A stretch of 64,000 bases of DNA from an uncultured Nitrospiraceae bacterium (GTDB lineage: Bacteria; Hydrogenedentota; Hydrogenedentia; Hydrogenedentales; SLHB01): NCBI GenBank assembly GCA_964587655.1, contig CAZPMT010000007.1:12737-76736 (forward strand), read 5' to 3'. Positions within the stretch are counted from its first letter, which is position 1, and the number at the start of each line of letters is the position of its first letter. The notes under the pieces were generated by a model. It searched no databases. It was not told where the DNA came from and saw only the letters and a program-made list of their open reading frames with translations. Of this stretch, positions 62,306 to 64,000 are shown piece after piece. The translations under genes and the position numbers were made by a program.

Positions 62306-62461
62306 ATGTGGCAGTCAAGAGTGAACGTGCTTCCCGAAATGGTGGACGGCGTGGACTTTGTGGACGACGTGGACGCCGAAAAGGATCACCTGCAGGGTTG
62401 CGTCCACTTTGTCCACTACTTGGACAAGCCCAACTGTCTCCAATTGCCAAATCTAGGATAA
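62306..62461 (+). CDS. possible leaderless small ORF (51 aa) overlapping the GTGGAC array
   Basis: ATG 62306 lies about 6 nt after the -10 hexamer. It encodes MWQSRVNVLPEMVDGVDFVDDVDAEKDHLQGCVHFVHYLDKPNCLQLPNLG. There is no SD, and it may simply be a translation of the DNA repeat. Confidence 0.2.
   Translation: MWQSRVNVLPEMVDGVDFVDDVDAEKDHLQGCVHFVHYLDKPNCLQLPNLG
62342..62425. repeat. 9-bp-periodic hexamer array: 4x GTGGAC, then 2x GTCCAC (inverted) and 1x TTGGAC
   Basis: GTGGAC at 62342, 62351, 62360 and 62369. GTCCAC at 62402 and 62411. TTGGAC at 62420. The whole module is bracketed by the 9-nt inverted repeat ATCCTAGAT (62299-62307) / ATCTAGGAT (62451-62459). Confidence 0.85.
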
Positions 62462-62687
62462 TCAGTCTGAAGTCTCTCTATAGACATGCCGCGACGCCGT
62501 GCAATTCGACGAAGACGCGCCCGAATACCGGGGACGCTGGGAGGGGAAACACGGGTGGCGTCCCCGTCCCCGGAGTGTTCCCCATGTCCGGTGCGTTAAC
62601 ACTAGGACAAGCGTTCAGTAACTGAGGACGGCAGCGCGAATGTACCGGTGGTGTTATGCAATACTGGGCGTTTATTCCAGTTAGCAG

Positions 62688-63095
62688 TCAAAGTGAGCTA
62701 ATGATCCAATCCCATCCTGTAAGAGACTTGAGCGCATCGTGCGAGTGCTGCATTCTGTGGATGCCGCGTCGTAACTGTTGTGTGGCGGCGGGTAGCGAAT
62801 CGAACACTCGGTTGGCAAACTCTTTTTCCCGCAAATCGTCCCACCGCAATTCGGCGGGATTGAGTTCCGGCGAATACGGCGGCAGCGGGAGAAGGTACAT
62901 GTTTTCGGGCACGACCAGTTATTTGCCGCGATGCGAAGGCGCTCCATCGAGAACCATGATGATGTATTCGCGAGCGTGGACTCTGGCGACACGGGCCAGG
63001 AAGCGGCTCATGGTCTAGGTGTCCATGCGGGAAGCGACCATCGTGTTGAGCTTTCCGTCTTGGGGAGATACGGCGGCGTATGCATAGACGAACTC
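62688..63095 (-). pseudogene. IS630-family transposase relic (C-terminal third only, two in-frame stops)
   Basis: DDE region ...IIMVLDGAPSHRGK*LVVPENMYLLPLPPYSPELNPAELRW.... TAA at 62919-62921 and TAG at 63015-63017 interrupt the frame. The N-terminal two-thirds are absent. Confidence 0.75.
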
Positions 63096-63099
63096 TCTC

Positions 63100-63314
63100 A
63101 CGAGGGCCAAGCCGATAACCGGACGCGCGCCGTGATAGTGGGTCGAATCCAGCCGCCGGTTGGACAGGTTACAGCGGCCGTTGCCTGTCGCCAACAGCTT
63201 CTTGCCGACGCGCTGCATGCGTTCCAACACGGTGACACAGGCGCCGTTGCGCGCCGCCATGATGGCCGCGACCAGTCCTGACGCGCCGCCGCCTATGATG
63301 ATAATGTGTTTCAT
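63100..63314 (-). pseudogene. N-terminal fragment of an HI0933-like FAD-dependent oxidoreductase
   Basis: MKHIIIIGGGASGLVAAIMAARNGACVTVLERMQRVGKKLLATGNGRCNLSN is the typical family N-terminus. The reading frame then runs directly into IS630-like sequence, whereas the family is normally about 400 aa. The junction position is approximate. Confidence 0.7.
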
Positions 63315-63390
63315 GAGTGCTCCGGGTGTCTCCCCAAACCTGATAATTCAAGAGCTGATTCCATGCGCGGAACCCGCGACCCACGTACCC

Positions 63391-63993
63391 TCAGTGAAGC
63401 ATTCGAAGATGTCTCAGCACGTCACCAATGGAATCCACGCCCGGCAGCATGACTTGCATAACTAGGCCCGCCACAATGAATGTCACGATCACAGTAAAGA
63501 ACGGTAACCACGTCTTGCGTATCACGCTCCGTACCCACGATGGCTGGCCAACCGCCTTCAGACGGCGATAGAGGCCGACACTCAGCGCCCCATCCAGCAA
63601 GACTTCCGCGAACAGGCTGGGCGCGATGAAGATCACGTACACGGAAGCTACAACTGCGGCCGCGGCGATGACCACCAACGCCACGACTAACAGGAGATCA
63701 TCCAAGTCAAGAGCGCCTGCTGCGTCCACTGCAGCCTCTCCGCTGCCACCTCCCGCGCCTCCGGGCAAATCAATTGATGCGAGGTCAAGGAGGTCGGTGG
63801 CGTCACAGAAGCCTTCAACCACATCTCTTGACTTTGCACGGCTACGGTGAAACAGGAGCCAAATCCACACGGAGAAAAGAAAGACGAGATAGGCTACGCC
63901 TACGGCAAGCCCATAACGCAACCACATCAATGAGAGGCCAAAATACAGGAGGAGACCAGAGGTGAGAATCCCTGCGATACCGGTCACGATCAC
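63391..63993 (-). CDS. hypothetical membrane protein (possibly 5'-partial at the window edge)
   Basis: At least 200 aa with about four hydrophobic helices and an acidic Gly/Asp-rich loop. The frame stays open to position 64000, so the true start may lie outside the window. Confidence 0.45.
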   Translation of the reverse strand: MIVTGIAGILTSGLLLYFGLSLMWLRYGLAVGVAYLVFLFSVWIWLLFHRSRAKSRDVVEGFCDATDLLDLASIDLPGGAGGGSGEAAVDAAGALDLDDLLLVVALVVIAAAAVVASVYVIFIAPSLFAEVLLDGALSVGLYRRLKAVGQPSWVRSVIRKTWLPFFTVIVTFIVAGLVMQVMLPGVDSIGDVLRHLRMLH

Positions 63994-64000
63994 GATGATG

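Noticed and set aside
62342-62425. Considered whether the periodic repeat is a degenerate CRISPR array
   Set aside because: The repeat unit is only 6 nt with 3-nt spacers, there are seven units in total, and no cas genes are present. This does not fit CRISPR architecture.
62308-62625. 105-aa + strand ORF across the GTGGAC array (GRRGLCGRRGRRKG...)
   Set aside because: Low-complexity Arg/Gly translation of the hexamer repeat in a non-preferred frame, with no start context. The alternative 51-aa frame is reported only as a low-confidence possibility.
62311-62698. Short direct repeat GCAGTCAAGAGTGA (62311) / GCAGTCAAAGTGA (62684) that could delimit an element
   Set aside because: It is 13-14 nt with an indel. 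A chance match of this size is plausible in 64 kb, and no other boundary evidence supports it.

Overview
High-G+C bacterial chromosomal window with about 55 protein genes, strongly biased to the + strand. I recognised no rRNA, tRNA or CRISPR array. 0-10.6 kb holds methyl-branch Wood-Ljungdahl genes: a DUF3786-like gene, fhs, then hdrC-hdrB-giant hdrA-mvhD-metV-metF. 10.7-23.4 kb is a housekeeping block: hpf, hprK, a DUF4037-type nucleotidyltransferase, a GH57 glucan enzyme, ptsH, ptsI, dxr, rseP, aspartate kinase and pyruvate kinase. 23.4-27.3 kb is a visibly AT-richer minus-strand restriction-modification island (C5-methyltransferase, PD-(D/E)XK endonuclease, vsr). Its endonuclease gene is cleanly split by an intact ISAzo13-family insertion sequence. 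27.3-43.5 kb carries corA, an FAH-family hydrolase, two SAM methyltransferases, a PqaA-like hydrolase, enoyl-CoA hydratase, a RumA-type RNA methyltransferase, a sugar ABC importer, an MFS transporter and an ilvB-like TPP enzyme. 43.7-62.2 kb is the most unusual part. Five exported or membrane-anchored beta-propeller proteins (four PQQ-like, one Tat-NHL) surround a translationally coupled operon. That operon encodes a NapG-like Tat ferredoxin, a NapH-like membrane polyferredoxin, a NuoE-NuoF fusion flavoprotein, a 2Fe-2S/GltD-like protein, a GT4 glycosyltransferase and a YbbAP/MacB-type ABC transporter. I propose this as a candidate undescribed transmembrane redox system; this is inference, not proof. 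The window also contains several small palindromic repeat families, one of which is inserted in-frame in two propeller genes. It closes with a 9-bp-periodic GTGGAC array behind a consensus extended -10 promoter and decayed IS630 and flavoprotein fragments. The phylum cannot be assigned from this window alone.
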